Positions 63,155-64,000 of a DNA stretch of 64,000 nucleotides are shown here, piece by piece. The stretch is from the NCBI GenBank assembly GCA_963813715.1, contig CAWFAK010000017.1, positions 320,001 through 384,000 on the forward strand, read 5' to 3'. The position numbers and the translations under genes are program-made. The stretch's first letter is position 1, and each line of letters starts with the position of its first letter. The DNA comes from an uncultured Planctomycetaceae bacterium. GTDB taxonomy: Bacteria > Planctomycetota > Planctomycetia > Planctomycetales > Planctomycetaceae. The notes below the pieces were generated by a model that saw only the letters and a program-made list of their open reading frames with translations, searched no databases and was not told where the DNA came from.

Positions 63155-64000
63155 CGCCTGGCCCTCCAAGATCATCGGGCTCGTCTGCAGGGATCAGATT
63201 TTCACTTGTGGCATGGATGGCCCAGCCTATACGCCAGCGCACAGAACTGCCAGCTCTTATTTGTGTGCCCGGACGCTCAGTCGCATCCGACAATCTTCAT
63301 CAAATCTTGATTTGTCGCGCTGCCGCCAGAAATGCGCTAGACGCCGAATCGGGATTCTTTTCCGGACCGCGACGCGGCCGACTCCTACGACAGTTGACCC
63401 GTGCGGGTGCCTTTCGCCCGTCGATTATGGCCACGCGTTCGCCTTTGAATTGAATTTGCGGGCACCAAAGCTCGATTCGTAGGGCGACGTTTATGCAAGT
63501 CGTCGATTCCATAAGGCGGCGTCGGTGTGTCGGACCGACGCTGCGCAGCGTCAGTTGCTCCGGCGCGTCACGCCGACTGTAGAGGGAAGGCCAAACGAAA
63601 AGCCACGAGCGGATTGTGTCAAGAAACTCGTTCCCCACGGCTTTCCGGTGTTTTGAATTACAGAGTGAGTTCTTGGGCTTCACCGGCAGCCGCGTTGTTG
63701 TTGGCTTCGAGGCACTGACGGCCGTGAACGGGAAAAACCGAAGGATTTCGCGAAATAAAACTGTGGATCGCAAATGTGACGCCACGCTGGCCACGGAATC
63801 CGCGAAAGGGAGTTAGCGCGTCTGACCGCCTGCAGGGCCGTCCGGCGAACTGGCGTCGCGCGGGCATTCAAAAACGGCAATCGCGTTGCCCTCTTCGCAG
63901 CCGACGAAGAGGAAGCGTCCAGTCGGATCGAACGCGAGTCCATTAGCTCCCGCTAGCGGTGTTCCCTTCTCGCCGTGGTCGAGCGTTGTAACGTGTGTCA

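Noticed and set aside
60119..64000. Genomic island integrated at tRNA-Phe
   Set aside because: No integrase and no duplicated tRNA 3' end seen; FHA and DUF1559 genes are typical planctomycete content
63155..64000. Coding genes at the right end
   Set aside because: Short ORFs in both directions lack motifs and codon signal; probably the DUF1559 upstream region

Overview
High-GC bacterial chromosome segment, very likely Planctomycetota (DUF1559 prepilin-type protein, DUF1080, Tat-exported Gfo/Idh/MocA enzyme, Tad/Cpa genes). It holds about 45 protein genes and one tRNA-Phe. In order: two CocE/NonD hydrolases, a GT39-like membrane protein, two APC permeases, a cyclase, an OprB-type porin, an S49/SppA homologue, IorAB-like molybdoenzyme, glutamate decarboxylase, enoyl-CoA hydratase, a DUF4129/DUF4350/MoxR/DUF58 operon, PhoR/PhoB-like pair, FkbM methyltransferase, BirA, cpaA-cpaB-cpaC-cpaE, a LarA-like protein, ECF sigma, TetR with MFP and two RND permeases, YceI, Wzt, TauE/DUF1634, FHA and DUF1559 proteins. 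About 19 genes have apparent single-base frameshifts, most likely long-read assembly indels. No integrase, transposase, CRISPR or recognisable defence system was seen. The most unusual signals: (1) a palindromic ~185-bp tandem repeat array at 9.6-10.1 kb whose third copy looks like an empty site; (2) an SppA homologue with all three catalytic residues replaced; (3) a structured leader upstream of cpaB resembling a c-di-GMP-I riboswitch; (4) twin RND permeases with extra hydrophobic insertions. All family assignments come from motifs read by eye; no database search was run.
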